Shown here piece after piece: positions 43,861 to 62,696 of a DNA stretch of 64,000 nt. Position 1 is the first letter of the stretch, and the number at the start of each line of letters is the position of its first letter. The notes below the pieces were generated by a model. It was given only the letters and a program-made list of their open reading frames with translations, made no database searches and was not told the origin of the DNA. Both the position numbers and the translations under genes were made by a program. Source of the stretch: Phoronis australis (Eukaryota > Animalia > Phoronida); assembly GCA_002633005.1 (NCBI GenBank), contig NMRA01000072.1:144952-208951 (forward strand), in the 5' to 3' direction.

Positions 43861-43880
43861 TGGATCCGCCTAGTTATCTT

Positions 43881-44132
43881 CATGCCAGCACCCACAGGGG
43901 GCTCAGGGGGTGCGAACGAGCCCCCCATTTGGTGAAGTGGGTAAAAAGGTCTGCCTTGGAGAAACAAAAAGTCTGAGAAAACGACACAAAAGTCCACTAA
44001 AATAGAGGCGCAGACGCACAGTCCTGAAGGTGGCATCCCGTTTTTTTTTAGTCCTCCCATTTTTTTGTTAGCAAAAGGTCCACTTTGTCAGAGATTCGAG
44101 CCTCCCCATATTAAAGGCTGGGTGCGTGCATG
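43881..44132. mobile_element. MITE, second copy of the 11729-11999 family
   Basis: It has CATG..CATG termini and shares the internal sequence (gaaacaaaaagtc.gagaaaacga.acaaaagtcc...aaaaggtccactttgtcagagattcgag). The flanks are atctt/atctg. Confidence 0.85.
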
Positions 44133-44978
44133 ATCTGTGTTTTATTTCTGTTCAACCAGTTTCTCTATGTTCCATGTCGTCAAGGAAGGCCCACTTTCTA
44201 TACATTTGCCTTTTCAACAATCAGTCATATCATTTTGACAATGTGTAATAAACAAAGATTCTTACTTAATAGTTTGTAATGGCGAAATCAGAAATGCCTT
44301 TTCCTACTTTTCAAGGGCTTCTAACAATGAAGGTAGCAAATGTTCAGTAAACAGGTAAAGTATTAACTTTTAATGTCCTTGTTAATTTTTAAAGCGACTA
44401 CATGGTGTGTGATATGTGGGTCTGCAAGAACTGGCAGTGTACTCTTCGTGAACAGGCCAACTTGTCTCAAGCAATAACCAACAGTTCTTTCCAAGACCTG
44501 AAATCACCTCCAATTTGACTAAGAAATGATTTGGAAACAATTTTGTAACTGTTAGTGGCCTAATGAAGCATAGTTTTATGGCAGAACTAAGGTTTATGGC
44601 CACTTTGACAAAAATGAGAACATGAGTATATTGTTTGTATCCCATATAGTGTCTTAGGGTCTTAGCCAGTATTCTGTGCAAATTATGTGACCAATAAAAC
44701 ACAGCTTCAATTAATTTACAAAATTCATGTTCCCAGAACTTGGAAAATGTTATCATACATAATGATAATCACAAATTTACAAATACAAAGCAAACCAAGG
44801 AAAAACAACACAGGGTAGAGAGTTATCTTGGAGCTTGAGTTCTCCTTGAGAAAGAACTTGAGTTTGAAGCTTGGTCACCGTGTGCATAAGTAATGTCAAT
44901 GATCCTTTGTATTTACAGTCCAACAGAAAGTGTCCATTAGAGCCATCCACTCATGAAAAAGTAGTGACCAGGTTCACC

Positions 44979-50419
<5,441 letters not shown>

Positions 50420-53400
50420 ATGGCCGCCTCCAGGGAGACTGTTCAGGAAACACTTGACTTTTGTAAGTTGCTGCTGTAATCATTCACTTTTTGGTACTTA
50501 GTGTTTGTTTGATTCCATAAATCAGGTAGTTCAACTCGTAGACCATGCTCACGTAAATATTTGCTATGCATTTATGTCCATTCACTTTCATTTTCAGTGG
50601 GATGGTTAAAACTTGGCAATGAATCGTAGGGAGGACAACGTTTTTTAATTTTTTTTTACAATACCCATGTGTCATACATTTTTGAAAAGCCCTTGGTGTG
50701 AGAAATGAAATGGTGCAAAAATCAGAAAAATTGGATGAGCGGTTGACGAGAAAATGGCCGTTGAAAAGCGAAGATTATGCGTAAAATATCAGCCTTTTTA
50801 CATAATTTCGTAAAAAATAAAAGAATATACATGTGCTGCATGTAAAAAGATTCGTCTCATTGATACAAACATGATGGTGTGTATTACATAAATTTTGGAT
50901 CGATTTCTACAGAGATATTGCTGTTTAAGTGTGTTGTTATAGCATATCGCTATAGCCGGAACAGGCTCATCATGTTTGATGAGCAATGGATTACATGTTG
51001 TAGTATCGTATTACTATGTAGCGTAGTCATATATTGCTGTGAAGGAAGTAGTTCTCTCGGTACTTAGTCTTCAAATATAAACCTACTGTTCTAAATCTGG
51101 TGTCTTCATTATCGCCTCTAACCGGCCAGATAATACTTCATGGTGGCAACGGTAAAAACACAATCATACCTGTGATTGCCAGGACCGATGTTGTGCAAAT
51201 AAATGGACTTTGGAGAAGTGCATCTACCGGGAGCCGGACAACGTGAAGCCGCGACGCGCCCTTGTCTGCAAACCCTATCGTACCTGTCCGTCAACCAGCA
51301 GACATAAGTGCAAGAAACAACTGTTCTGAACGGACAATCGGTATTCAGTGATCATTATACTACCAACGTTTTATTCCTGTCCGAGGATAGGAGAAACACG
51401 GAATTCATTGTCACGCGGACCGACACCATTGTCTCTCGCAGAATGTGCCTGAAATTTGTCACTCCCACATTCCCAGACGACCTATAATTAGATCAGTGCA
51501 AGTGACCGTCTGCGACCTCTGTGCCTGTGACATTTGACCCCGGAGCAAAACAAATATGGCGGCCTCCATACCGAAGATGGCCTGGGACGGCGACGATATC
51601 AGTGAGAACCTTGCGTTATTTAAACAAAAAATGTCACTATACATAGAAGACGAGGAAATAGTGGACGCAGGTAAGCAGGCACGTAAAATTCTCCGTGGTA
51701 TCGGGGATGAAGGTTTGAAGCGACTGAATGCCAGTGGGTTAACCGACGCTGANACTGCTGTTTGAAAAGTACCAATGCGCAGCAGTTTGACAGAATTTCT
51801 GAAAATGAAATAATTACCAATTAAAAGAGTGATAAATTCCTCATCTAAAAATCGGTTGGGCATATTGCGCAACTGGAAAAACATCAATCTCCCGACCGAC
51901 CAAAATTAGGCCTTCCGGACGATCGAAAACTCGCCACGAAAACTTGGCCTTGACTTCGAGAAAACAACTTGAGGAGATGCGCACGCATCTAAACTACATC
52001 CTGTCCAAATTTCATGTTTGTATTTGAGAGTATAGTGCTCTTTTGGATAGGAGGAACAAGAGGTACTTTTTCGAAAGTTGATCGCATGGCGGAAAATCGT
52101 GCGCTAAAAAAAGTTTACAAAAAATGATTTATCAGTGATAATGTAAGACAAAAAGATTACAATCTTACAAATAAAGACTAAGGTAACGATTTACAACTCA
52201 AAATTGTCTTATAGTTAACTTTAAAGTCTGAAATCGGGTAATTTACCGAAGTGGGTTTTACACGGAGGCAGATATGGAGCACCGTTACCTAATTTTTTAT
52301 TGTCCTCCCTAAATGATGAATGAATATTTGAATTACTTCCCCCTGGCCCCCTCCCCTGGATGCCGCAGCATACAGGGGCGATAGTACATCCCCCAAAAAG
52401 TTACGAATTTCAAAATACAGGAACTAAAATCAAAGAAACATGCGTATATGCTCATGGAGTTATAATTAACATGATTCAGTCAAGATAATTTTAACAAATC
52501 GATGAAAATCTGTCACGGTTTGCTCGAGTTTCTCTTACCGGGTGTCATTTTGAGGAAGTTACGCGAAATCACGCATGTTGACGAATAAAAAGTCCAAGGG
52601 ACACCAATCTTACAAATTTCACCTGATACCTTTGGCTTCCCATGCTATTTTTCAAGTGTCACGCGCTAGTGTCACGCGGTTCGCTTAGCCTTTGCCTAAC
52701 TCATGTGACTCATTTGAAATACTTTGTGGTTATCACACATATGGTGAAAAAGTTAACGGTGACCAAAAAAGTGGAGTTGGAATTCTTCGCCAAAATCACC
52801 TTAATTCTAGTAAATAAGCTTCATTGAAGATATGTGTAGAAGTAAAAAGGACCACTGAAGAAAGTAAGCGATTTATTAAGTGATAGTTTTAAGTGTGGAA
52901 TGTATTTTTGACGAGGTGAAAACTCCTAATCGGTGACCGGATTTGGCCTACCGCCCGTTTAAAATACACAGGACGAAATTCGTACAGAAAGCGATGGGGA
53001 AAAATATTGTAGCCCCTAACCAGCCAACCAAAGGGCTGCGTGTTGCCTAGATTTAAACTAGCAAGCCAGCTACTGTACTACTATACTAAATATACAGCTT
53101 TGCATCAATGTGGGTAAAAAAATAACCAGATAAAATCTGACAAAAAATGTGTCACTCACTGAAAACTACACTTTTCCTTGAGTAAATTAAATTATTTAAC
53201 AGTGTTGGAAAATTATTGTTCTGCCATTATTCTGTTGCTAATGTTGTGGAGCAATCTTTTACGTCAACTTTCGCTGCCATGAAATATTGCATCACCTATT
53301 GGCCAGTTTCTTTTTTCACCGATTATTCAATCAGCTGTTCTTCAACAATACGCGTGTGTCACATGTATGCACCATTTCCTGAAATTTTGCGATATCTCTT

Positions 53401-56400
53401 GGGAGATGATGACAGCTTTGCAGCAGCAAAATTTGTTCTGAAATTTGGTTTGCTGGTATTGAAATACTAAAAACTTGTAATGAGATGAAACCAACTCCAA
53501 TAATTTGTTGTGACATGTACGCAACCTCGTGGAAGAGAGGATTGAAGAATCGGCAAAAAGAAACTGGCCAATAGATGACGCAATATTTCATGGTACCAAA
53601 ATCTGACGCAAAAGATCGCACCACAGTTTTAGCAGCAGAATAACGGTAGAATGCCAAATTTTCCAACACCAGTGAATAATTTAGTTTTCTCAAGAAACAG
53701 TGTAGTTTTTAATGACACTAATTTTGTGTCAAATTTTATTTGGTCATTTTTTACGCACATCGACTAAGAGCTGTATATTTAGTATACAGCTTTGCCCCAA
53801 GGCTAGATTAAAACCTAAACAAAATTTGCAAAACAACAATTAGTGAACTAAACAGTACCATTGTCTGAACTGGCAGTAGAGGCAGTGGTCATCCCATAGG
53901 CCCTCCATATGCCAGAAGCTTTTCGGTAAACTATGCCTCACATTGATTAAACCATCAAGTCATGTTACTGTTTTGCTCAATGTATGGATTTGCACAGTTG
54001 CCAATGTATGGCTGATATCGCAGATCCACCACATTGCACAGAGCATTACTTGATTAATAAGTACTTTTTGCACTTAGAGGGAGACCTTAGGAAACCGTTG
54101 GTGTCTTTAATTCCTTCCAACTCTAAAGAATACTCCAAAATCAAGATTTTTTTGGAACAGTCCCTCGTTCTGTAGTGTGCTCTCCATATAAATAGACTGG
54201 TAAAATTATTAGTTTTACCTGAATTCTCTACGTGGCAGTTGGTAAGAATATTTACTTCTCGAGGTCACCTCACAATAGATCACAACAGAGGTTAAATAGA
54301 CGGCTTGACTCGTACAGTGGGAGATTCGAAGTGACACACTGTAGCGATGGATATCTCAGTCACTCACCAGGTGGCGCTCTTAGCAAAACAAGCGTCTCGC
54401 CGTCAGTTAGCGTCGATCTTCGTCACGACAATGATCGTGTGCCAATCCTGTCACACAGCAGTTCAGTTGCCCAAATCGATAACTGGCCATTTTTGGACTG
54501 CTCAGACCAGGGGATATGACGTGAATGTGTATAGTCAATGTACCTACATGCAAATAATGATAACCTTTTGTCTTTATCAGTAAACAAGTCTCTCCCCATC
54601 CGTGTCCAGCTGTCTGATGTGGAACAGTATCCGGGGCTGGCCAGCTTACTTTCCTCCATCACTGATTACATAACAGATAAAGGAGTCACTAATGACACTC
54701 ACAGGGAACTACAGCAGGTGATATCATGGATTTCTCTTGACACTCTGTTGTAATTACAGTAAAACTTACAGGGCTCGATTTGGTGACCTGCAGGTTGCTA
54801 ATGCAACCTCAGATTTTGTTTAGTGATCTGGTGAAAATCCCAGGTTGCCATGAAGTTTCCACACACACATCTGAGCACACACTCGAATGAGGAAGTTAAC
54901 AGACAGAGTTCAGAATCGTTTGGAAGCTCCTGTTGAGTAAGACAACTTGTGGTGGGGGTCTTCAGATATTCAGTTCTGGCCAACTTTGCATCTTTTGTAG
55001 TGGCTTAGACTTTCTCGACCCCCGTACAATTTTTTCTTGTTTTGGCGACATCAGTTCTCGTTTTGCGAACTGGGAATTTTGCAAGGTTGCATTTGGCAAC
55101 TTGGTGTCATGCTAAGCATCGAGCCCTGACTCGCATAAGTTAAATATTTGCTTTACTCGAAACAAAGTGCTGAGAAGTTCCTGGGGGGTTCTCTTCTAAA
55201 AAACTAGTTTTCAAAAGCTGGGACCCCTGTAAGTGACCATTACCAAAACTTTTAAAGAAAATTAAGGGCTGTTCCAGCAAAATTTGTATGGGAGGGGGGC
55301 AGCAGTTGAAATACAAATTATGGGTGGTGGCCTTCTCAAGAAAATTTAAATTATGGGTGGTCCTCCTTGAAAGAAGTTAATCATTAAAACTGGGTGGTGT
55401 TTTTGTCCTGTAAATGTTGACAGGTGGGTATTTTCAGCCAAACACATCTCAAAAGAAATCAAAACCAAAAATTCACTTGGCAGATACCCAAAAATATCCT
55501 AAAACAAAAAAGCCCACTTTGCTAGTGTACAGAGTGCAATATGTACACTATGCTGTTGATCAAATCATGGACAACTTGATTACAACAAGCTCATGTTGTA
55601 CTGCAGTTGTTTTAGAATGAATTACTGCAACACTAAACTGGTGTTAACACATCTAAGAAAACTGATGATTTTTTAAATAAAAAGTATGAGGAGTCATATA
55701 GACAAGTGCCAATATTCACTTGGCATAGCAACCTAAAAGCGTTCGTGGAGACAGTTTGAGATTCACAGATCCATGAAATTGAAAATATTTTATTGAAATT
55801 ACAGACACATTTTGAACAGAGATACCTGGTGGCTGCCTAAAGTATTGCTCACAGGTGTCTTTGAAAAGGAAATTTCTGGTAACTGACATGAGTTGTGATT
55901 TTCACATTGAATTTTCTGCACCCACAGAAACTTTGTGGTCAGTCCTTCTGTCATCATTTCTTGTGCATCAATTATCTCAAGAACAGCTTGGTGGATCATG
56001 ATGTAATTTGGTATAGAGGTTCTTGGCAGGGATGCGCAAGCACCAGTTGATTTTCCGGCGGATTTGGCTACCTTGGTACCCCATGTTGGCCGCTTTAGTT
56101 TTTCGACAAGCCATTCTTTGTGCGTCGATTATCTCAAAAATTGCTTGACGGATCACGATGAAATTCAAAACAGAGGTATATGAAGAATGTGCTGGCACCA
56201 GTCAATTTTTGGATGGATTCGACTACTATGGTACCTCCTGTTGGTTTTCGACTGCTCGAGTCGTTGCTTTTCCGTCGATCATCTTGAAACCGCTTAACGG
56301 ATCATGGTGACATTTGGCATAGAGATAGACGGCTGGTATGCATCAGCACCAATCGATTTTCGGACAGATTTGGCTACCGTAGCACACCCTGTTGGCCATT

Positions 56401-59400
56401 TTAGTTTTTGACAAGACAGATTGATTATCTCAAAAACCGCATTTTATATTTCAACCTAATTAAAAATTATGGGTCGTGGGTTGGAGAAATAAAAGGGGTA
56501 AGAAACAAAAGTGCCGTCCCATCTCCCATACATTTTGTACTGGAACAGCCCTAATGGAGTTTTACGAAAAACATGGTTATATGACTACAAACTCTCAGGT
56601 ATTATTTTCCGTGCACATGTTATGTTTCTGTAATCATAAAGAAGCTATGCAGTTTGATGAGTTAGAATTAGTATTTGAAACTGCTTGAAGAAATCATGAC
56701 CTTCGGTAACAGAGTCAGACAGTTGCTTCAATGAATGAAGTTGTAGTTTATTATTAATTCCTTGTGGTGTTCGAAATTCAGTACTTAGTGAATGCCGAGT
56801 GTCTATTAATTGTGAAAAGTTTCTTTGGGGATTGTGTTAACAGCTGATGTGTAACCGTTTTTACTGTCATTTCTCCAGTGTCAGGATGACCTTAAACATG
56901 AGAAGGAATCGTGGCTTAACCAGCACATCCTGTACACCGAACTGCAACAGTTGCTGCTGGACTTTGAAGTCAGTAAGACAGACAGGGCACCGAGTACTGC
57001 ATCAGAACAGGTAAATTCTAGCTCAGGGTGAGGTGCTTGTTTCATGGAAGTTGGTGCATTTCAATTAGAATGTGACTAATCTCATAGTCTAAAGATGTTT
57101 GGAAACTGCTATAACTTGGCACAAGATGCCCAATAAATTTGGAATCATGCATTTGAAGCCTCTTAATCTGATTTTATTCAATGGGAATAAGAGTAAGTAA
57201 GGAAATGCGTATGCAGTGGGAGACTTACTATCCACCAGGTGGGGCTAATGAATAAAGGCTCCTCTTTTATACAATAGATTGAGCGCAGAAAGCACTTCAT
57301 CAGCATGGGGGTGTCTTGGCCAAGCTATCCCATTACTACTTGAATGCATGAATTTCTACAGGTAATTCCGTTGTCGCAACCACTAACAATACCTGGTAAA
57401 TGTAGGTCAACTATTGGCTGTGAACATCAACAGAGTACAATCATCCTTTTCATATCGCTGTTCTCCTTCTGAAAAAGTAAATAATTTTACAAAAGTGTCT
57501 GGTGTTTGTGTGTGTAGGTGAGCATCGCCATCGAACTATTGCAGTTGAATAGTATGACTTATAGAGAAGATTATTGCATTGCACATCTTCTCACTGAATG
57601 ACTTCCCCAATTCAAGTGTAACTTTTTCCCCCAGTTTCACAGAGCTGTGCAGGAGACTCTTAACCTCACTGAGATAACGGACTACCTGGACTGTAACCAG
57701 CAAGCAGATTCTGATACTACATTGCTTGGAATTACAAGGGACCATGTTAACAGACACCATCCACATAAAAAGGTGATGAGCCATATCAAATTTAGAAACT
57801 AATTTACTTTATTTAATGAGAGATATAGTCATATTTAAGTGCAATGCATATACTTGTAATTTCATTTTTGGTGCACTTATTAATTTCTTTGTGAAAATTT
57901 GCTATAACCAAGCTTTGATTAAAAATTGTTTATCCTGATAGCAACCATTCCTTTATCAGCTTCTTTAGTTTGCCTAGTTACAGTCGTTACAACTTCTGTG
58001 GTTACAGTTAACTTTATGAAAAGTAGAGCAGTTTAGTTAAGACAATGAACTGAAGAGTTCATACTCTGTCAGTTATCTCTCAAAGACTATTTTGAGATTA
58101 TGTAAAATCAGTGGTCTAAAACAAGACAAATGATTCAAAATAATGTACAGTCAGATAAATCAGTCGAAGGTCATAAGCTAATTTCAAAGAGTTATGTTTC
58201 AGCATGTAAAGTCAATACAGCAGAAGCTTATTCCAAATATTGAAGATCGTCTGCGTCACAAATGTGAAACACTTGTTCATTTTTATGAGCCGACGTTGTC
58301 AACCGGTGAGTCATCTGCTTGTTGTGACTCTATTTATCCGCCACACATTTTTAGCTGAGTGCATGTAGATTGGCAGCTGGTTAGTACAATGTAATTTAGT
58401 TAAAATGAAGTTTGATCTTTTATAAAATTGCAAGAACATTTTATACACATTACTTTATAAAGTCAGAAACTGTGACCTCAGGTTTGTAGGATACCAATCA
58501 GCTACAGAAATGCTCATTATATCATTGTTTTCCCAAAGTACCGGGCGTTTCTAATATAGCCGCTTGGGGGCCCCTTCATTTTACCGAAGTGACCATACCC
58601 AAAAGAACCCCCAAGTGGGTCGTTTGGAGAAAGTAGTGGGGCTCTTTCGGAAGCTTATCTTGCCACCCGCAGCAATGTCATTCAGCCATGGGCTTATATG
58701 GTATTTTCATATGACGATTTTACTTTGTCATAACCTCAGCTACAAAACAAATGTATAGCGACGCTTTCATTGACAAATGATCAACTTAAAATATTGGAAA
58801 AATGCTTTTTAAGATAAAAAATGAGAAAATATTTTTTCTCTTTTTCCACATGTACTAGACAAGCAAAACAATCCCAATAGAGCCTGCACAGGGGCTTTTT
58901 CGAACCTTGTTTCCAAAAGAACTACCCCCACAGAGGCTTTATACTGGTGTGGGCTGTTTTGGAAATCGCCAGTGTACAAGGTAGAATAGGTTCGCCTTTA
59001 TTATTCATGTTGCTTACGGTAATCTAATGAGCCGATTGGTCGTGTAGTTGACTGATTAACAGATATGTATCATTTTACTAGTTGTGTAGACGAGCTCTTC
59101 GTTTGTCTTGCAGACAGTGAACAGCTAACATTTGCCAAAGCCTCTCAGCTTCCATCGTTTTTGGAGAGAGATCAAAGTTTACTTGCCAGCGAAAAAGTTC
59201 AACTGTCAAAAGATGAGAGTGTGAGGGAGAAACAATTTTGGCAATATTATCAGGTACTACAGCAGTACTTCAAAACATAAGTTGACTACGATTGTTCTCA
59301 TTGAGAGTCAAAATTTTCTTAAAAGCAGTTTATTTCTTTTGCATTGTTTTAAAAATGGATACTTGAAGTTTTTTAATAATAATATCAAATTCATATGCTT

Positions 59401-61136
59401 GTTGGAATGATGTAATTCTGTTTATATAAAAGAACATCTTTAAGTGGTGCTACTATCAAGCTTAAATGTCTGTTGTCAAAAATTGGTTGTCCACAGAATA
59501 TAAATTTCCATTTGCAATACATCAGTGGTAATATTTCTACAGACCCTGGTGGAGTCGCTGTCTATCCTGGAGGAGTTGATTGTCAAGCACAAGCTACAGT
59601 CTCAGACTGACAATGATCGTGTGACCAGCGAATGGCTGATGGCCCGCTGCGATGGTATGGCACTCAAGATCAAGTTAGTAGAGATGAAACTACTGTGTGA
59701 TACCTACACAGCTGAGACTGTAGCAGCTCTGCACAAAGTTAGGTAGGTGGGAATTTGGGGATTTCGTACACCGCGAGTCCTCCAATACGGTCGAATCTCA
59801 TTATAACTAGCCTCCTCGCACCTATCGAACAGATCGTTTGTTGTGACTGAGGCTTATTGCAACTGAAGCCTTTTTTTAGAGAAAATATAAAACATAGAAT
59901 ACGAATAGACTCAAATAAACCACATTCTCAGTTAACATATGCATATTTTTGCATGAATAAGGTTTAAATAATGGTAAAAAGAGACAAAAAAGGGAAACTA
60001 AAAATCAAATAAGAGGAAAGCGAAACCAAAAAAGAGGAAATCCTCCTAAAAGAGGAAAATTCCAAGCCCTGCTATGTAAAATCTTTGAAACAAAAAGCTT
60101 TGCCACACTTATCAATATTCAAACGTTTAGAGCATGCTTGAAAACTCTGTTCAATGTCTGCTAAATAGACTAGTGGGATTGACTCCCTTAGTTAGGCAAA
60201 TTAATCAAGGGTTGGGAGGAAACTTCAAACAAAAGGATTCACATTTTGATCATTTAAGTGTAGGGCACTAATTGTCCAACTGTTGTTGACAGCAGAAGTT
60301 TTGGCTGAAATCACCTAAACAGGCTTTAGTACAGTGTAGTAGATCTATGCTAATTGTTTTTTGTAATTTTCCCAAGGGTCATTCACAGGCACTAATAATA
60401 CTGAGGTATACTATAATTGTTATTACTGTTCAATATAATTTACCTGTATATCATATTTTCCATACTTTCATTATCCCAATGATAATACTGCTCAAGAATA
60501 TACATGTGAATGTCACTTTTAATGCAAAAAATGCAGTGATTTCCTTCTCTCATGTTGGTTATGTTGACCTTTTGTCCAGTGTGCAGTGCCTGTGTGCAGT
60601 GCATGTGTGCAGTGCCTGTGTTTAGTGCCTGTGTGCAGTGCCTGTGCAAAGTTCGGAACTTTATTTCCTTGGTAAAAACACAGTTTGAATGAAACTTCAA
60701 AGCAAAATGTTACTTGTTTTTGCATTTCTAAGTATCGGTATCAAAGTCAGATTATTGCCGTATCAAATCAGGAGTACAAGTATGGATAACAGGTCAAAGA
60801 TATATGAGTATCAGTATTGTTGTTGCAGACAGAGTCAGTAGAACAGGAAGCATGTCAACTATTTTATTCTGAAATTCCTGCTTTGCTCGATTTACGAGCT
60901 GATATGTTGAGACTTCAAGTTCAATTGCTTTGCTCCCGTTGATTTTCAGTCGCCATCTTGAAGCGGAGATGGACAAAAGACGCCAAGACTTCGACAAGAC
61001 AACACATGCCTTAAATACGTATCAAGCAGTCGGCATGGGTTTTGATGATTTAGTGCAGGAGTATACGCAACTGATTGGTGAACTGGAAAACAAACAGTGG
61101 GCCCTGAAGGAGTTGAAACAGAGTTTGGATAAATGA
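50420..61136 (+). CDS. HAUS4: HAUS augmin-like complex subunit 4, ~359 aa, 8 exons
   Basis: Exons are 50420-50462, 54581-54717, 56879-57010, 57635-57772, 58203-58305, 59114-59253, 59543-59742 and 60950-61136 (1080 nt, all GT-AG, phases consistent). HAUS4-like segments include LIPNIEDRLRHKCETLVHFY, KHKLQSQ...EWLMARC..MALKIKL.E..LLCDTYTAETVAALHKVS.HL and FDDLVQEYTQL...ENKQWALKEL. Confidence 0.88.
50996..51752 (+). mobile_element. 5' part of a Ty3/Gypsy LTR retrotransposon (LTR, tRNA-Leu PBS, gag start), truncated at an N
   Basis: The putative short LTR runs TGTTG(50996)..CA(51140); its left edge is uncertain. It is followed immediately by TGGTGGCAACGGT, complementary at 12/13 to the tRNA-Leu 3' end. 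An ORF from 51556 (MAASIPKMAWDGDDISENLALFKQKMSLYI...ILRGIGDEGL) resembles Gypsy Gag N-termini. Confidence 0.8.
53082..53786. mobile_element. ~700-bp foldback (palindromic) element in HAUS4 intron 1
   Basis: The termini are tatactaaatatacagct and agctgtatatttagtata. Inverted similarity continues for at least 250 bp inward (e.g. catgaaatattgcatcacctattggccagtttc / gaaactggccaatagatgacgcaatatttcatg). Confidence 0.85.
54769..55128. mobile_element. hAT-like MITE in HAUS4 intron 2
   Basis: TIRs cagggctcgat and atcgagccctg. The TSD is not clearly preserved. Confidence 0.6.
55266..56551. mobile_element. PIF/Harbinger-type MITE with TAA TSD and internal ~155-bp tandem array
   Basis: TIRs gggctgttccagcaaaatttgtatgggag and ctcccatacattttgtactggaacagccc, with TAA on both sides. 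Internal repeats start at ~55965, 56122, 56271 and 56419. Confidence 0.85.
58539..58977. mobile_element. Degenerate MITE in HAUS4 intron 5
   Basis: Arms taccgggcgtttctaatatagccc and gggctgttttggaaatcgccagtgta. Confidence 0.45.
60578..60648. repeat. 13-bp minisatellite (gtgtgcagtgcct) x~5
   Basis: Read directly from the sequence. Confidence 0.85.
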
Positions 61137-62443
61137 ATTTAAAGCAGTGCCGTCGTATCTCAGTGATGAGTGTGGTTGGGCTTTCTACCAATAGATCGTG
61201 GGCTCAATCCGTGGCTGCTGCAATCTTAAGTTATGGCCCTGAGCTAGGCACCTTGCTTGCATTGCTCCAGTGGACTCGGCTGTTCAAATGAGTGTCAGTC
61301 ATGGCTAGGAAGAACCATTTAATGGACTTGGCACTCTGTAACTGGAGTTTGGAACTGGAGTAAACAACTGGCCCAAGGAGCGTGATGGATCGTGAAGGAT
61401 GCAACTTTTTACTTGTTTTCAACAAAACTAAAGAACCTTGCCAATTCGTCTTCTTTTGTCTACGTAATGGAGAAAGCCACGAGGAATAATAACACTGCAC
61501 AACTTGAAAGATAGCGGGATTTTTTGCTCCAATTTTCGACAGGAACATATGTTGTAAACTCTTTGGGGAAAATGCCTGTACTTTTAAGAACTGTGCATGT
61601 GTTTGACCATTCAACTTGGTTTCAGAAGTTTCAAAATTGTGTTATGTATGTCCTTGCACAGTTGTGAAATATTTTTGTAAATACAAATATAAAAACAAAT
61701 AAATATCTTCACTGTTCAATAGCCAGTTAGGAAATCTAATTAGTCTGATAATGCAGACAATAAAGGGTTGGTATTTTACATCTTGGTTACAGTGGTACCC
61801 AGAGTTGTAAGGATTATATGAATGCATGCAAGTCATTTTGCATCACAAACAAAATTGTGAACATGAAGTAGTTAGTCTATTGTTTTGAGTGCAATTTATC
61901 TTGCGAAAAAATTAACTTTAAAATCTGTGTCATTACAGTGATTTCACAAAGGCAAATGTGACTTTAATCAGTAAAATAATTAAAATGGATGGGGGACATT
62001 GTGTGAATCATACAATACCAGTACAACCACGCTTTATAATATAAAATTGACACATGTAAAGGTTACCCCCTCTACGTTTTAGCTGGTTTGGTGGTGTATC
62101 AAAGAATGATTAATGACCAGTTATAGTGTATATACTGACAATGTTGCTGGGGTTGTGGCCTTTTAATTGAACAGAGAATCTATACGGCAAATAATACTCA
62201 AGTCCTTAGCAATTTTAAGTTTCTTAACTATTAAATGAAATCATGTAGTCAGTAAAACTCAAATACACATACAAGTGCTGTGCATGATGGATTACTCCTT
62301 ATTTACTGTGGTGCTATTGAAGAAACGCCCATGCTTTTTTTCTGAATAGATTGAGAGCAGAAATCTGATCACCGGCTTGGGAGCAATCATGAGATAAGAG
62401 TCCCCGTGTCCTAAATGCATGTATACAGGCAGGACCAGTGGTT

Positions 62444-62544
62444 CACTAGTCCCAGCTAGACAACTTTAAGATTCTCTCTAGTGCCAGCAAGACAACTTCA
62501 AAATCCTCACTAGTGCCAGCTATACAACTTCAAGATCCTCACTA
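62444..62544. repeat. 32-bp tandem repeat x3
   Basis: The unit cactagtgccagctagacaacttcaagatcct occurs with variants. Confidence 0.8.
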
Positions 62545-62696
62545 TCAGTGAAGCATGATACTAAGTCTTGTTTTTTATTTTAAATCTTTATTTGTATACT
62601 GTGATAAATCAGTGTAGTGCACTTAAGGCCAATAGTCTTGACTAAAACATCATATAGCGTATCTATTCCTAAGTCCATCACAGTCTAAGCGCCACT

